A DNA stretch of 28,824 bases, taken from assembly GCA_963752595.1 (NCBI GenBank), contig CAVVYZ010000003.1:1-28824 (forward strand). The letters are read 5' to 3'. A program made the translations under genes and the position numbers. This stretch comes from an uncultured delta proteobacterium. GTDB lineage: Bacteria; Desulfobacterota; Desulfomonilia; UBA1062. Under the pieces are notes generated by a model that saw only the letters and a program-made list of their open reading frames with translations, was not told where the DNA came from and ran no database searches. This document shows positions 28,204 to 28,824 of this stretch, piece after piece. Numbering within the stretch: position 1 is the stretch's first letter; the number at the start of each line of letters is the position of its first letter.

Positions 28204-28824
28204 CTGCTATCCCCTGCCCCTTCAGGCTCTCGTACTTCTCCCAGTCCATGGTGAAGGACCTCTCGCTCATGGCCGTACTGGCCATCTCCTTGTATTCCCT
28301 CTGTTCGAAATACCGGTGCAGCTTGCCGGCGATCGGATAGATCTGCTCGGACGGCTTCCAGGATGCAGGTTCACCGGTATGAGCATTGCGCAGGCAGTCG
28401 AAGGTAACTGCCGAGGATACATCGGCAAGCGGCACCCCTTTAAAATCCCTGATCATGGCCTGAAGCTGGCCTGCATCGATCGGAGAGAAAAATGAATACA
28501 CCTGGGAATAAATCTCCGAATACAGACGGGAATATATGACGGCGGCATGATAATACTCCGGGATGTCGATGATGGCGTCTTTGCCGGTTGCTTTGCCGAA
28601 CGCATAGAGCATGCCCTGCATATTCTTCAGTCCCCCCAGACCCGGATATGCCTGGCCCGGAAGCCTCGGTTTGTCAGGTGGAAATGATGCCCTCGGGTCC
28701 TGCAGCGCCAGCCATTCAACCAGGAGCATGGAGAGGCCCTCCTGAAAATCAAACCCCTTCACGAAGCTTTGCTTCGGCCTGAATACCCCTTCCCGGAGGA
28801 TAAGCTCGATCAGCCTTGTTCCCC
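28193..28824 (-). CDS. 5'-partial conserved protein resembling the C-terminal extension seen on some deltaproteobacterial deacetylase-family proteins
   Basis: Frame open to the window edge (RLIELILREGVFRPK..); motif EWLALQDPRASF....RLPGQAYPGLG and PEYYHAAVIY. The family resemblance is from memory and unverified. Confidence 0.55.
   Translation of the reverse strand, partial: GTRLIELILREGVFRPKQSFVKGFDFQEGLSMLLVEWLALQDPRASFPPDKPRLPGQAYPGLGGLKNMQGMLYAFGKATGKDAIIDIPEYYHAAVIYSRLYSEIYSQVYSFFSPIDAGQLQAMIRDFKGVPLADVSSAVTFDCLRNAHTGEPASWKPSEQIYPIAGKLHRYFEQREYKEMASTAMSERSFTMDWEKYESLKGQGIADGI

Noticed and set aside
1-28824. tRNA, rRNA or riboswitch genes
   Set aside because: None recognised by eye in the intergenic regions; a covariance-model search would be needed to exclude small RNAs, for example in 19279-19520 or 24600-24880.

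Overview
Bacterial chromosomal segment. Gene content and style suggest an anaerobic deltaproteobacterium (Desulfobacterota-like); this is inference only. Single-base frameshifts are dense at both ends (about 1-4.5 kb and 22.8-28.2 kb) and rare in the middle, which looks like long-read consensus error. In order: PAS hybrid histidine kinase; an internally deleted long-chain acyl-CoA ligase; REC-HATPase regulator; PDO/glutaredoxin-thioredoxin reductase fusion (AhpF-like); MoxR/VWA(CoxE)/acyl-CoA dehydrogenase operon; a broken solute-binding protein gene; a ~550-bp tnpA-only IS200/IS605 element with intact terminal hairpins; clostripain-family protease; acidic lipoprotein; a trehalose operon (DUF5752, treT, otsB, otsA); then, divergently, a tandem array of six exported ComEA-like helix-hairpin-helix genes (7 domains); CbpA-like DnaJ; polyprenyl synthase; lipoprotein plus TraF/FadL-like barrel; rfaE2 (absent from the ORF track); DUF2520 oxidoreductase; and a partial CDS. 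The best candidate for an undescribed system is the ComEA-like array. Only the last copy keeps the canonical GIG DNA-binding hairpins. The other five all replace the second Gly, carry G/S/T/Q/M-rich disordered arms, and include two lipoproteins. Four copies are followed by a related palindrome, and the array shares a promoter region containing phased direct repeats with the trehalose operon.
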